Part shown: positions 21,452 through 34,400 of the stretch, piece after piece | How the letters are laid out: each line of letters starts with the position of its first letter | Numbering within the stretch: position 1 is the stretch's first letter | Origin: an uncultured Verrucomicrobiae bacterium | Lineage (GTDB): Bacteria > Verrucomicrobiota > Verrucomicrobiia > Chthoniobacterales > JAFAMB01 | DNA: 64,000 nt | NCBI GenBank assembly: GCA_963748055.1 | Contig: CAVVII010000010.1 | Coordinates: forward strand, 18,820 to 82,819 | Direction of reading: 5' to 3' | Notes under the pieces: generated by a model | The model's input: only the letters and a program-made list of their open reading frames with translations | What the model was told of the DNA's origin: nothing | The model's database searches: none | Made by a program: the position numbers and the translations under genes

Positions 21452-23311
21452 ACGGTTGTTGGGTTATTACAATAGCGAGTTGCGCCATGTCCGGGAGATG
21501 GCAGGGGAGTTCGCTCGCGAATTTCCCAAGATCGCCGGTCGACTGGCTCTTGACCGCGATGCAAAGGATATTTGCCCGGATCCGTACGTCGAGCGATTGC
21601 TCGAGGGGTTCGCCTTTTTAGCCGCTCGGGTCCATCTGAAACTGGACGCGGAATTTCCGCGTTTCACTCAGACCTTGCTCGAAACGGTTTATCCCCATTA
21701 CCTGAGCCCGGTTCCTTCGATCGGAATTGCGCGTTTCGAACCTGACCCACGAGACCCGGGACCCGAGGAAGGGTTTTTGCTTGAGCGGGGTACCGCGCTA
21801 CGGAGTCAGAGCGATGAGACCCCCTGTCAGTTCAGAACGGCTCACGAAGTCCGGCTATGGCCCCTGAAAATCGTCGATTCGCGCTACTATACTCGCACGA
21901 TCGTTGAGCTTGGTCTTCCCAGCTCACTCGAGGCAAAGGCGGCTTTGTCAATCCGGCTGCAAACAGCCGGCGAAAAAAAGCTCAAGGAGCTGAAGCTCGA
22001 CCGCCTGCCGTTCTTTATTCGCGGCGCCGATGAGATCCCGATTTGGGTCTACGAGCAGATTTTTGCCCGCGGAACTCATGTCATTCTGCAATCCCCTAAA
22101 GGACCGGGATCACTTTCAGTGAGATTCTGCCTGCCTCGACCATCCAGCGTATCGGATTTCGCGAGAGCGAGGCGCTTTTGCCGCGAAGTCCGCGCAGCTT
22201 CGAGGGTTACCGGTTGCTGAAAGAGTATTTCGCTTGTCCGCAGCGTTTTCTTTTCTTTGAGCTTACCGGGCTCGCTTCTGCGATTCAACGATGCGAAGGC
22301 GATCGATTGGAGGTAATCATTGCCCTGCGCGCTGCCGAGCCAAAGCTCGACAACCGGATCGACGCGAATACTTTCGCCCTCTTTTGCACGCCGGTGATCA
22401 ATCTTTTTCCTAAGAGGCTGGACCCGATTTTGATTTCAGACCGGTTCAGCGAATTTCATATCGTGCCGGAACGGACCCGGCCAATCGATTTTGAAGTCTA
22501 CGAGATCCAGAACGTTGTCGGCATCCTGGCCAAAGTAAATGAAGAACAGCGGTTTGAGCCGTTTTACCTGGCGCGCGATAGCGACGGCCGGTCAGGTGCC
22601 TATTACACGGTCAATCGGGTGCCCAGGGTATTGACAGCGAAGGAAAAGAAATTTGGTGCCGTGTCATCCTATGCAGGCAGCGAAGTTTTCATCTCGCTCG
22701 TCGATGCCAGGACTGCACCCTACAAACGACAACTGAGCCAACTCAGCATCACTGCACTCTGTACAAATCGCCACTTGCCTATACAATTGCCAATCTCGGT
22801 CGGTGAAAGCGACCTCGAGACGGAACTCTACTCTCCGATCGCTGCCATCCGCTGGGTCGCAGTCCCAACGGTTCCGATTGCTTCTACGGCCGAGGGTGAC
22901 CCTTCATGGAGAATCATCAGCCATTTGTCTTTGAACTATCTTTCCTTACTCGATTCAAAGGATGGTGAGGGCGCCGTCGCGTTGCGCGATTTGCTGAAGC
23001 TTTACATCAACCCGAACGACGTTTTCACGCTGCGCCAGGTCGATGGTATTCGTTCGGTGGTATCGACGCCGATCGTCCGACGCGTGAGCGGCGCCGGACC
23101 GCTTACTTTTGCGCGCGGGCTGGAGGTCCGGGTAACCATGGACGAGGAAGCATTTGAAGGCTCCGGGATCTTTATCCTCGGAGCGGTTCTGGCACAGTTT
23201 TTTGCGCGCTATGTCTCGCTTAATTCCTTTACCGAGACCGTAATTGTCTCACAACGACGCGGGGAGATCATGCGATGGCCGAGTCTGATCGGCAGACGTC
23301 AGATAGCTTAG
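21444..23311 (+). CDS. tssF: T6SS baseplate TssF (frameshift near 22100-22180)
   Basis: YYNSELRHVREMAGEFA, DPYVERLLEGFAFL, WRIISHLSLNYLSL, YVSLNSFT. Confidence 0.95.
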
Positions 23312-24390
23312 CCGCAGAAATGGTGTTGCGGCCGTACGAGTTCAATTTCTTCCTGGCTGTACGGAGACTGGAGAGCGAGTACTTAGCGAGGCCACGGGTC
23401 GGATCGTCGATCCGGCTTGAGGAAGATTTCTTGCGGTTCTGCCAGATTCCGTCCCTCGCTTTTGCTCCTTCGAGTATTGAAAGCATCGAGCGAGTGGGAG
23501 CACTGATTCGGATGTATGTCAACTTCCTTGGCATGTTCGGGCCCAATGGGCCCTTACCGCAGCAGTTGACCGATTTCGCGCGCGACCGCCTGAGAAACGC
23601 TCATGATCCGACGCTCGTTCGGTTCATGGACATTTTCCATCATCGAATGCTCTCTTTCTTTTACCGTGCATGGGCTAACAATCAGAAGAGCGTCGATTTC
23701 GATCGCATCGACGATGCTCGCTATGCCGATTATTTCGGGAGCTTTTTTGGCATCGGCGTTGCTCCATTACAGGATCGGGACACGGTACCGGATTGGTCAA
23801 AGATTTTTTTCGCGGGCCGCATGTCGGCGCAGACGCGTAATGCCGAAGGTCTGGAAGCTGTCTCGCGGATTTTTTTGGTATTCCCACTGAAATCCGGGAG
23901 TTCGAAGGGTATTGGATGAAGATACCAACCGAAAACCGGTGCCGATTGGGAGAATCGGCGGAAACGGGGAGTCTAGGGATTAACGCCGTGGCCGGAGAAC
24001 GAAAGTACGAGGTGCAACTAAAATTCCGAATTCGCATGGGTCCGATGGATTTGGACGACTTGCGTCGCATGGTGCCGATCGGCCACAGCTTCAAACGTTT
24101 GAAAGATTGGGTTCTGAACTATATGAACCAGGAACTATATTGGGATCTTCAATGCGTCGTCAAGGCCGCACGCCGTGCCGACCATTTCTCTAGGTCAGGG
24201 GGCGTTGCTAGGCTGGACGACCTGGCTGAAAAGCAAGCCTTTCACACGTGATGCAGACGACCCAATTTTCGATCCGGACACCTATCTAAAACGAGACATT
24301 AAGCTTCCTCCCGATAACCGGAGGACCGAACGTGTCAAAGGGACTTACCATTTTACATTGATCGCATTGCGGAAACTGAATACATGGTAG
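23275..24390 (+). CDS. tssG: T6SS baseplate TssG (frameshifted; 3' end uncertain)
   Basis: FNFFLAVRRLE, GMFGPNGPLP, DIFHHRMLSFFYRAW, LGWTTWL. Confidence 0.92.
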
Positions 24391-24484
24391 GTGTCAGTGT
24401 CGATTTCGTTCCTGGCGCCCAAACTTCAATCGGTGTGACACTCGAGTCCAACCGTGAAAACATCCCAATTCACGACTATAACGA

Positions 24485-27183
24485 ATGGCTGAAATCAAAA
24501 GAGCGATCCTTTTCGGAAAACTAAATCCGATGGCTTACAAGGCCGTCGAGAGCGCGACCATTTTCTGCAAAATGCGCGGTAATCCGTACGTCGAACTGGT
24601 GCACTGGCTTTTCCAATTGGTTCAGCTTGCTGACTCGGATTTGCACAGAATTCTCAGGCACTTCAGTGTGAATTCCTCCCGGCTCGCAACCGATCTCACC
24701 ACCGCACTCGACAAACTGCCGCGCGGCGCGACCTCGATATCCGACTTTTCGCCGCACCTTGAGGAAGCCGTTGAAAGGGGTTGGGTCATTGGGTCGCTCC
24801 TGTTCGGGGAGAACCGTGTCCGCACCGGTCACGTGGTTGTCGCCCTGCTGAAGACGCCAAGCCTCCGCAACGTTTTTCTCAATCTGTCGAAGGAATTCTC
24901 GAATATTAAGTTGGAAATACTCACCGATACCTTCGCTCAAATCACCGCCGGTTCTCCCGAAGAATCGCTTGGTGCGGCGGACCAGACCGGCGCGGGTGGG
25001 GCCGCTCCAGGAGAGACCAGTGGGGCCATGTCTCCTGCGGCGATGGGTAAACAAGAAGCGCTCGGCCGATTTTCGGTCGATCTTACGGAGAAAGCCAGAA
25101 AGGGAGAGATCGATCCGATCCTGGGCCGCGACGAAGAGATTCGGCAGATCGTTGATATTCTGATGCGCCGCCGGCAAAATAATCCGATCCTTACCGGCGA
25201 AGCGGGAGTCGGTAAAACCGCCGTTGTGGAAGGATTTGCACAGAGAATAGCGGCCGGCGATGTTCCGCCGGCTCTCAAAGAGGTCAGTTTGCGAACTCTG
25301 GACCTTGGTTTACTTCAGGCCGGGGCAAGCATGAAAGGGGAATTCGAGAATCGGTTGCGCCAGGTGATTGACGAGGTTCAAGCATCACCGAAACCGATCA
25401 TCCTGTTTATCGACGAGGCGCACACTCTGATCGGAGCTGGAGGGGCGGCGGGACAGGGAGACGCCGCGAATCTGCTCAAACCGGCTCTTGCCCGGGGCAC
25501 TCTGCGCACTATCGCGGCCACGACATGGGCGGAGTACAAAAAATACTTTGAAAAGGATCCTGCGCTGACTCGCCGTTTCCAGGTGATCAAGGTGGATGAG
25601 CCAAGCGAAGACAAGGCGGTTCTGATGATCCGGGGCCTCGCTCCCGTTCTGGAAAAGCATCACAAGGTGAACCTGCTGGACGAGGCGCTCGAGGCGGCCG
25701 CTCGTTTGTCGCATCGTTACATCCCCTCCCGGCAATTACCGGACAAAGCGGTAAGCCTGATCGATACTGCCTGCGCCCGGGTCGCAATCAGCCAGCATGC
25801 GACTCCCCCGGCTCTCGAGGATTGCCAGCACAGCATTTCAGCGCTCGAAAGCGAACTGGCGATCATCGAACGGGAATCCGCGATCGGAGTTGACCACAAG
25901 CAGCGCAAGACCGACATCGAAGGCAATCTGGCCTCTGGAAAAGACCGCCTCGCAAAGCTTGAAGCGGCTTACAAAAAGGAGAAGGAGGTGGTCGACGAGA
26001 TTCTTGAACTTCGCCGGAAATTGCGTCCCGACGGCGCGGCTGCTACGGCGAAGAACGGTGAGGCTAAGCCGGAAGAGGTCAAAGTGGAAGACCGCGAGAC
26101 TGTTGCTTGCGAAACTGGGAGAATTGGAAAAGGAGCTCGCCACGATTCAGGGAGAGGACCCGCTCATTCATCCTAGCGTGGACGAGCAGGCGGTGGCTTC
26201 GGTGGTGGCGGATTGGACCGGAATCCCCGTGGGTCGAATGGTGAAGAATGAGATTCAAGCGGTGTTGACTTTGGCGGATAGTCTCGAGAAACGCGTGATC
26301 GGCCAGCGACACGGTCTGGAAGCCATTGCCAAAGCGAATTCAAACATCGCGTGCCGGCCTCGATAATCCCGGCAAGCCGATTGGCGTTTTCCTGTTGGCT
26401 GGTCCCAGCGGCGTTGGAAAAACCGAGACGGCTCTGGCTCTTTCCGAAACGCTCTACGGCGGTGAGAGCAACATCATCACGATCAACATGAGCGAATTTC
26501 AGGAGGCGCACACTGTCTCGACGTTAAAGGGGGCTCCGCCCGGTTACGTTGGGTACGGAGAAGGCGGGATCCTGACGGAAGCCGTGCGCCGGCGTCCTTA
26601 CAGTGTCGTCTTGCTCGATGAAGTCGAAAAAGCGCACCCTGACGTTCACGAGATTTTTTTCCAGGTGTTCGACAAGGGCATGATGGAAGATGGCGAAGGA
26701 AGACTGATCGATTTTAAGAACACCATCATCTTGCTCACAACCAATGTCGGAAGTGACTTGATCATGAACATGTGCAAGGAGCCGGAGATGATGCCGTCTC
26801 CCGAAGGCGTTGCCAAAGCGCTTCGTCAGCCGTTGCTGAAGGTGTTTCCGGCCGCCCTGCTCGGTCGGTTGGTGGTCATTCCCTATTATCCATTAAGCGA
26901 CGCAATGTTAACGTCGATTATCCGACTCCAGCTCAGCCGCATCCAAAAGAGAGTTGGCGCAAATCAGCAAATTTCTTTTAGCTATGATGATGCAGTCGTC
27001 GACCTTATCGCCAGTCGCTGCACCGAACTTGAGAGCGGCGGCCGCATGGTGGATGCGATTCTTACCCAGACCCTCCTGCCCGAAATCAGTCGCGAGCTTC
27101 TCACGCGCTTGATGGAAGGCGGTCTCACCGAGAAAGTGGAGGTCACGGTTAAGGACGCGGCGTTCCACTATACTTACACGTAG
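24485..27183 (+). CDS. tssH: T6SS AAA+ ATPase ClpV/TssH (frameshifted)
   Basis: RGNPYVELVHW N-terminus, GEAGVGKT, GPSGVGKT, ESGGRMVDAIL. Confidence 0.95.
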
Positions 27184-27263
27184 TACCTGTTCCGCCACGG
27201 CGAGGTAGTGGGTAGTGGAAGGCATGAAAGCCGGAAAAATCTTTATCTCCTAAGACAAACCCT

Positions 27264-29531
27264 ATGGCGAAATTTTCTCAGGCCAACCGGCTTTTGCAGG
27301 TCACGACACCGCTCGGGGAGAACGATCTCCTGGTTACCGCATTTAACGGGTACGAGCAGATCAGCAATTTATTTACTTTCGAACTGGCTTTGATCGCTGA
27401 AAACTCGACTCCGGTCGATTTTAGCAAGCTCGTTGGAAACCAAATAACGCTCAAGGTTGCCACTCTCGGTGAGGGTGAGGAAAATGGCTGGCGGTATGTC
27501 AATGGCATCTGTTCCAATTTTTCAGAGGGGGACCGGACCGAAAGATTTACCAGCTACTTCGCAGAGGTCGTCCCCAAGGTTTGGCTCCTGACCCGCCGGG
27601 CGCGCAGCAGGATTTTTCAGCAAAAGTCTGTGCCGGACATACTCAAAGCCGTCTTCGACGGATTCGACTGCGATTATCAACTGCGCGCCGACTATCAATA
27701 CCGGGAATACTGTGTTCAATACCGCGAGACGGACTTCAATTTTGCCAGCAGGTTGATGGAGGAGGAAGGGATCTTCTACTATTTCAAACATTCCGACGGC
27801 GGCCACAAAATGGTCATCGCGGACACTCTGCAGTCCCATGAGACTGTCCCGGGCCGTCCAAATGCCAGATACGATGTCGTCAAGGGAGGCCCTCAGATAG
27901 GGGATCAGATTTTCACCTGGCAAAAAACCCAGGCCTTGCGTGCGTCAAAGTACACGCTCTGGGATCATTCGTTTGAGCAACCTAAGCAAAATCTTGAAGC
28001 AAAGGAGAACATCGTTGACTCGATCTCGGTCGGAACGGTATCCCACAAGTTAAAAACCCAGGCCAACGAACCCCTCGAAATTTACGACTTTCCCGGCGGG
28101 TACGCTGTCCGTTTTGACGGCGTTTCTCCGAGTGGTGGCGACCAGCCTGCCCGATTACAGAAGATCTTTGATGACAACAAGCGCACGGTCAAACTTCGAA
28201 TGCAGGCTGAGGCTCTGCCGTCGATAACGATTACGGGCAGTTCCGGGTGCAGCAATTTTGTTGCCGGCCATAAATTCACCTTGAAGCGCCATTTTGACGG
28301 CGAGGGCGACTACGTGCTGGTCTCGGTGAATCACCAGTCGTTCATGTCGAATGAGTTCGTTTCCGGAGCAGCGGTGAGCGGTCTTTACTACTCGAATTCC
28401 TTTACCTGTATACCGCTCAGCCTGCCTTACCGACCTCCGAATCGCGCACAGAAGCCCTTCATCGCCGGTGTCCAGAACGCTCTGGTTACTGGTCCAAGTG
28501 GAAAAGAGGTCTTCACCGATAAATTTGGCCGGATCAAAGTGCAGTTCTATTGGGATCGCGAAGGGAAGAGCGACGAGAACAGCTCGTGTTGGATTCGTGT
28601 TGCGCAATCGTTCGCGGGAAAGCGGTGGGGCGGTTCTTTTTGGCCGCGCCTTGGCCAGGAAGTTCTGGTTGCCTTTGTAGAGGGGAATCCGGATGAACCC
28701 GTTATCGTGGGTAGTGTCTATAATGCTGAGCAGACACCACCCTACCTTGGCGACGGGCTGGACTCAAAGCACAAGAACGATCCAAACGTCAGCGGCGTTA
28801 AATCGAATACCACCCTAGGGGGCTCCGGATTCAACGAGTTCCGTTTCGACGATACGAAAGACAAAGAGCAAATATTTTTGCACGCCGAACGGAATTTGGA
28901 AATGACGACGAAAAACGATTCGCTCGCGCGAACATGCGGGAGTCGTCATGAGATTATCGGCCAGGAAAAAGACGGATCGAAGTCCGGAAACCAGATCGAG
29001 ATGGTCTATCACGACAAGCAAATCAAGGTGGACCACGACCACGTTGAACAGGTGGGCAACAGCATGCAACTCTTGGTCGGCGGTGTCGACAGCGGAACCG
29101 GTAACCAGGATATCGTGATCAACGGGGAAAAGAAGGAATCGGTCGGAAAAGACGATCATTTACATGTCATTGGAAACCGCAAGGAGAAGATCGACGGAGG
29201 CCAGTCGCTGACGGTGGGCGGTGACCAACAAGAAAAAATAGGGATGAAACATGCCTTGGATGCAGGGAGGAAATCCATCTCAAGGCCGGAATGACAGCGG
29301 TTATCGAAGCCGGTGTTCAGCTCACGCTCAAAGTGGGTGGTAACTTTATCGATATCAACCCGGCCGGCATCTCAATTCAAGGGACATTGGTAATGATCAA
29401 CAGCGGGGGAGCGGCTGGTTCCGGCAGCGGAAGCAGTCCGCAAGCGCCGCAGGATCCCGCCAAGGCGAATCCCACCAAACCCGACCGAAGCCGATGATTC
29501 CAAATCGGGCCAAAAGTCTGCACGATCCTAA
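27264..29531 (+). CDS. vgrG: T6SS spike VgrG, no evolved C-terminal toxin (frameshifted near the end)
   Basis: QYRETDFNFASRLMEEEGIFY, DKFGRIKVQF, SCWIRVAQ, PRLGQEVLV; continues in ORF 29291. Confidence 0.95.
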
Positions 29532-29557
29532 CAAAGACAAATTATCAGGAGTGAACT

Positions 29558-29855
29558 ATGCCTCCAGCCGCAAGAATAGGTGACATGCACGTTTGTCCGA
29601 TGGTCACCCCGGGCGTGCCTCCGGTCCCGCATGTCGGTGGCCCTATTTTACCGCCAGGCTGTCCGACGGTGCTGATCGGCGGCATGCCCGCCGCACGTGC
29701 AACTGACATGTGTGTGTGTGTCGGCCCTCCGGATAGCATCGCCATGGGCTCGCCCACGGTTTTGATCGGTTACATGATGGCGGCCCGGATGGGCGATCCA
29801 ACCGTGCACGGAGGCATGATCGCGCATCGGTTGCCCCACGGTATTGATCGGGTAG
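29558..29855 (+). CDS. PAAR-domain spike tip protein (frameshift near 29822)
   Basis: PAARIGD, PAARATD, AARMGD; the corrected C-terminus GCPTVLIG* ends at 29855. Confidence 0.93.
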
Positions 29856-29885
29856 CGTACGGGACACGAGGGTCGCAGGACACAA

Positions 29886-30167
29886 GGGGTCGTATCTAAA
29901 AACATAAATAATCAACTCCTCTTTCACGCGAGCTAAGCTAAGGATTGGTCTTGCGGAGGGGCGACCCGGCTTTGACACCTCTCTCGTCGCATCGCTATCC
30001 TCCAAGGCCCGACGCTCATCGAGTAAACCAGCATCACAGAAACGCGTTCCTGCCAGGAGCGTAATCCTCAATTGGCGCGCTGCAGAACTCGCTTGTAGGC
30101 ATGGGATCGATCTTTCGCACGCAGGTCGTGAATGGGTCTCGTTATTTAAATTTTTAGATACGACCCC
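29886..30167. mobile_element. 282-bp element bounded by perfect 17-bp inverted repeats (family B, REPIN/MITE-like)
   Basis: GGGGTCGTATCTAAAAA at 29886-29902 and TTTTTAGATACGACCCC at 30151-30167. Confidence 0.75.
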
Positions 30168-30210
30168 AAACACTGCGTAGACTTGCCGTACACGACTGCG
30201 TTTCCCGCGC

Positions 30211-30325
30211 ATGTGGCGCGGGATTCTTCCCGAACGCTTTGGCGCAAGAGTGCACACCTACGTGCTGATGCCCAATCACTATCATCTGCAGATAGAAACT
30301 CGACGGCTGAACCTGAGCGACCTTA
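30211..30325 (+). pseudogene. Remnant of an HUH/Y1 (RAYT/IS200-like) transposase
   Basis: Translates LPERFGARVHTYVLMPNHYHLQIETRRLNLS, including the MPNHxH HUH motif; the rest of the gene is missing. Confidence 0.8.
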
Positions 30326-30349
30326 AAGTTTTGGGTGACTTTGAAGAGA

Positions 30350-31090
30350 TTAGAATACCGCTGCGAGTCTGACGAGGAATGGTCGAAGATTTTTTGGGCA
30401 TCGTGAGCGCCACTCGGCGAGGTGCTGAGCAAGCGACTTGTTAGCATTGGGGGAACCGCCGTTCAGGAATGCCAATGTTTCCCAACTGTGTGGTTCGGCT
30501 TCAAACAGGGGCAGGAGTTGGATGGCGATAATCGTGTTCCGGTCGCGGAGGTCGGAGTTTTGTCGCAAGGCGGACTGATTTGAGCGGAACCAAACCGGGA
30601 ACGATGTTCCAGCGGGAAGATGATGTTCCGGCAGCGCGAGCCGCCGTTCCACATATGCATTTAGCCACGGCGCGTAAGTCCGCCAGGCAGGAAAGGGAGG
30701 AGAGGTCTGCCACTCGCGACTCATCGCTCGCAAAGCGAACAAGGAGGCCGTTTCGCAAAGGCTTTCTTCCAACCAGAGATTGGCGTTGCGGTGAACGACG
30801 TATCATTTTCCGCTGATGGTTGCTGTAGTTGGCCAGCGCGTGGCAGAACTCGTGAGCAAACTGAAAGCTGTATTGCGCCCAGTAAGTATCCTGAGTTGCC
30901 AGTCCAATAGCGATGTGACCGGATGGATTAAGCTCAAAGTTGATTTGCGGATGATCGCTCCGGTGGTAGACGTCGATGCCGTTGAGTTGCGTCCTCGGGC
31001 AATACCGCCAAAGTTGAAAGCCGGCAGACTGCAACACGGCCGTGATATCAGCTGGGCCAGCCTTTCCAAATCCATCCGTTTGCACACGGA
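30350..31090 (-). CDS. Putative zincin-like metallopeptidase-fold protein (frameshifted; start uncertain)
   Basis: FAHEFCHAL (HExxH) with downstream EESLCE in the adjoining frame. Confidence 0.6.
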
Positions 31091-31284
31091 TATCGAGGGG
31101 ATTTCGAGTCGAGATTGGTGTGACTGTCCGCTGCTCGTATCGAGTTGCCCGCGAGGAGGCTGAGCGCTCCGATTAGGGCCACTTTAATGAGTGTGGTCAT
31201 GGCGAGGAATTCAAGAAGTCAAAGAGCGTGCACGTCTAAACTCTGAACCAACACCCGACGCCAGACATGTGAAGGGAGGGAACG

Positions 31285-31335
31285 CAGCCCGCAAAATTAC
31301 GTCGCTGGTCGAAGCAGGAGCTCATTGTGGGCTTA
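31285..31335 (-). repeat. Family C palindromic repeat copy
   Basis: Reverse complement reads TAAGCCCACAATGAGCTCCTGCTTCGACC...ATTTTGCGGGCTG, matching 3807..3859. Confidence 0.65.
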
Positions 31336-31404
31336 CATACACGACGCGTGCGGCGCCCGCCGCTTTGAGTGCACCGAGCGTCCGTCCGCTGGCAATGTTT
31401 CCGC

Positions 31405-34400
31405 TTAAAATGTCATTCGAAAGCCTGCGGACACGTTGTTGGATTGGTAGTTCGTGCGGAGGAGTTCACCATCGTAGTAGGCATAGATAGACATGCGTTC
31501 GTTCAATAGAACGGCCGCACCAGCACCGATGAGCATACTGTCACGGCCAACCTGCGGACTGTTAACGGTAAAGCTGTTGCCTGACCCACTCGCGAAGCTG
31601 GAAACAATCGAGTAGGCTTGATCCCCGAATTCGTGCTGCCAGGCGAGGTTGATCTCCGGTTTGATGATAACGTGACCCACTTTCCAATCGTAAGACGCTT
31701 TCATCCCGATTGCCGTGCGCTCGGAATCCGCGTTCTGATCATCGAATTTCAGCGGCGCAAGCGAGCCGCTTTCGGTAAAGCCACTGAAGCCGACGTAGGT
31801 ATATTGGAAATTCGCCGTCGGACCAACGCTCAGGCCGCCCATTTTCCAGTCGTAGCCGGCGGCGATGAGAACGTTGACGTCACCGCCGGTGGTGCTTCCG
31901 TTGGCGGTGCCGAGGAGCGCAGTCCGGTGCGAGTCGTATCCGCTAAAGCCCCCGGTTACGGCGGCGTCTGCATAGAATCCGCCGGTGAACGCCGTGGCGT
32001 AAAGCCCGAGTTTCCCGCCATTGACTTGAAGGTCGCCGCCGTTGGCGATATTGGCACCTGTGTGGGCGTAGCCGGCGGTCAAGCCAACCGCGAAATTCGA
32101 GGAAATGCGATAATCGACGCCGAGGGTTATCCCTCCGGTTTGGAGGTCATAACCGGCCGCATTGCCGGTGCTGTCGACATTTGTGAACTCGCCGATGCCC
32201 GTGACCCAAACACCCCAGCGGTTCTCCGGCGTTGGCGTCATCACGGACGGGCCACTCTTACCGTCGGGCCCGGTTACACCGGCAAGGCCGCCGATGACGT
32301 TCGGCGCGCTGCCGTTCAACGTGAAGCCTGCCGAGCTGAAGCCGTTGCTCCCCGCGCGAATGTCCTCCATGCGCCGCTTCAGATTGGCGGTCTGCACATT
32401 TGCGAGTGAGACGCCGATGTTAAAGATCGATGCCAGCGCTTCGGGTGAGATCAGCGCAAAGTCGCCGCAGAGTTCGTTGAGCGGCTGCTCGTTAAGGAAG
32501 GTGATCAGCGTCGCCGCACGCGGGTCGCCGGCAATGCTGTCCAGCGCCTGGGCTACTGCAACGGTATTCGGTGTGCAGGCAGCCCTGGACGAAAGAGCCC
32601 TGCGTCCCTTCGAGCAGCGACGGCATCTGGAAGATTAATGATTTGCGCTTTCACAACGGTACCGGTGGCGAACTCATCCTGGACCGTGCCGAAAGTCCCG
32701 CTTATCCCGCCGTTCGCGGTAAGAAACGTGATCTGGTCGCCGACATGGAGCTTGAAACCATCCACGCCGAGAAGCTGGAGCGTGCCGCCGAGGGTGACAT
32801 GGCCATTCACGGCCAGCAGGTCGTGCTGGTTCAGAGCAAGACCTCGCGATTTCGATGCGCAACGTGCCGGCCGCGTTCTGAGTGTAATTGCCACTGACCG
32901 TCAGCGTTCCCGGAGAGTCGCCTGGACTCACGATTCCACTGTTCACAAGGCCGCCGCCGATTGAACCGTGTCCGCCAAGCAGCGCACCCGCATTGACCAC
33001 CGTCTGAGCGCTGGCAATCGAACCATCCACGATCAGACTTCCGGCATTTACCGTCGTCGCGCCGGTGTAGGTGTTATCCCGAACGAGCACGGTTGTTCCG
33101 GTCCCATTTTGTTGAACGCTGCCCGTGCCGCTGATCACTCCGTCAAAGGTGAGAACGTTGCTCCGATCGAAGGCCAGGATTCCGTTGTTGGTGACATCCC
33201 CGGCAATGCTCCCGGTCGTGCCGCCGTTACCGAGTTGAAGTGTTCCTGCATTGATGGTCGTCCCTCCGCTGTAGGTGTTATCCCGAACGAGCACGGTTGT
33301 TCCGGTCCCATTCTGTTGAACGCTGCCCGTGCCGCTGATCACTCCGCCAAAGGTGAGAACGTTGCTCCGATCGAAGGCCAGGATTCCGTTGTTGGTGACA
33401 TCCCCGGCAATGCTCCCGGTCGTGCCGCCGTTACCGAGTTGAAGCGTTCCTGCATTGATGGTCGTCCCTCCACTGTAGGTGTTATCCCGAACGAGCACGG
33501 TTGTTCCGGTCCCATTCTGTTGAACGCTGCCCGTGCCGCTGATCACTCCGTCAAAGGTGAGAACGTTGCTCCGATCGAAGGCCAGGATTCCGTTGTTGGT
33601 GACATCCCCGGCAATGCTCCCGGTCGTGCCGCCGTTACCGAGCTGAAGCGTTCCTGCATTGATAGTGGTTCCGCCGCTGTAGGTGTTAGTCCCGAACGAG
33701 CACAGCGTTCCGGTCCCATTCTTTGACAGCTGCCGGTGCCGCTGATCACTCCGCCAAAGGTGAGAACGTCGCTCCGATCGAAGGCCAGGATTCCGTTGTT
33801 GGTGACATCCCCGGCAATGTTCCCGTCGTGCCGCCGTTACCGAGCTGAAGCGTTCCTGCATTGATGGTCGTCCCGCCAGCGTAGGTGTTATCCTGAACAG
33901 CACGTGTTCCGGTCCCATTCTGTTGAACGCTGCCCGTGCCACTGATCACTCCGGCAAAGGTGAGAACGTCGCTCCGATCGAAGGCCAAAATCCCGTTGTC
34001 GGTGACATCCCCGGCGATGCTTCCGGTCGTGCCGCCAGCGCCGAGCTGGAGCATTCCTGCGTTGATCGTGGTCGCTCCCGGTGTAAGTGTTCGTGCCAGT
34101 CAGCACCAGCGTGCCGGTGCCGACTTTGTTCAAGGCCAGAACGTTTGTCCCGTCCTGCAGCGTCCCGCTAAAAGTGGTGCTGGTGTTATTACCGCCCACG
34201 GTCAAGGTATTGGCGGGGAGCGCCGCCGTCACCGCGGCATTCGTGGGGCTCGTGGGCACTTCGGAGGTAGCGCTGTTTTGCACCACCCCCGAGCCGCTCA
34301 AAGAGCCCACCGCGTTGTCAAAGCCGCCCAAATCCAGCACGGCGCCAGTATTGACGGTAAAAGCCGAGGCCGGGCTGAAAGCGCCCGCCGAGCCGGCCAG

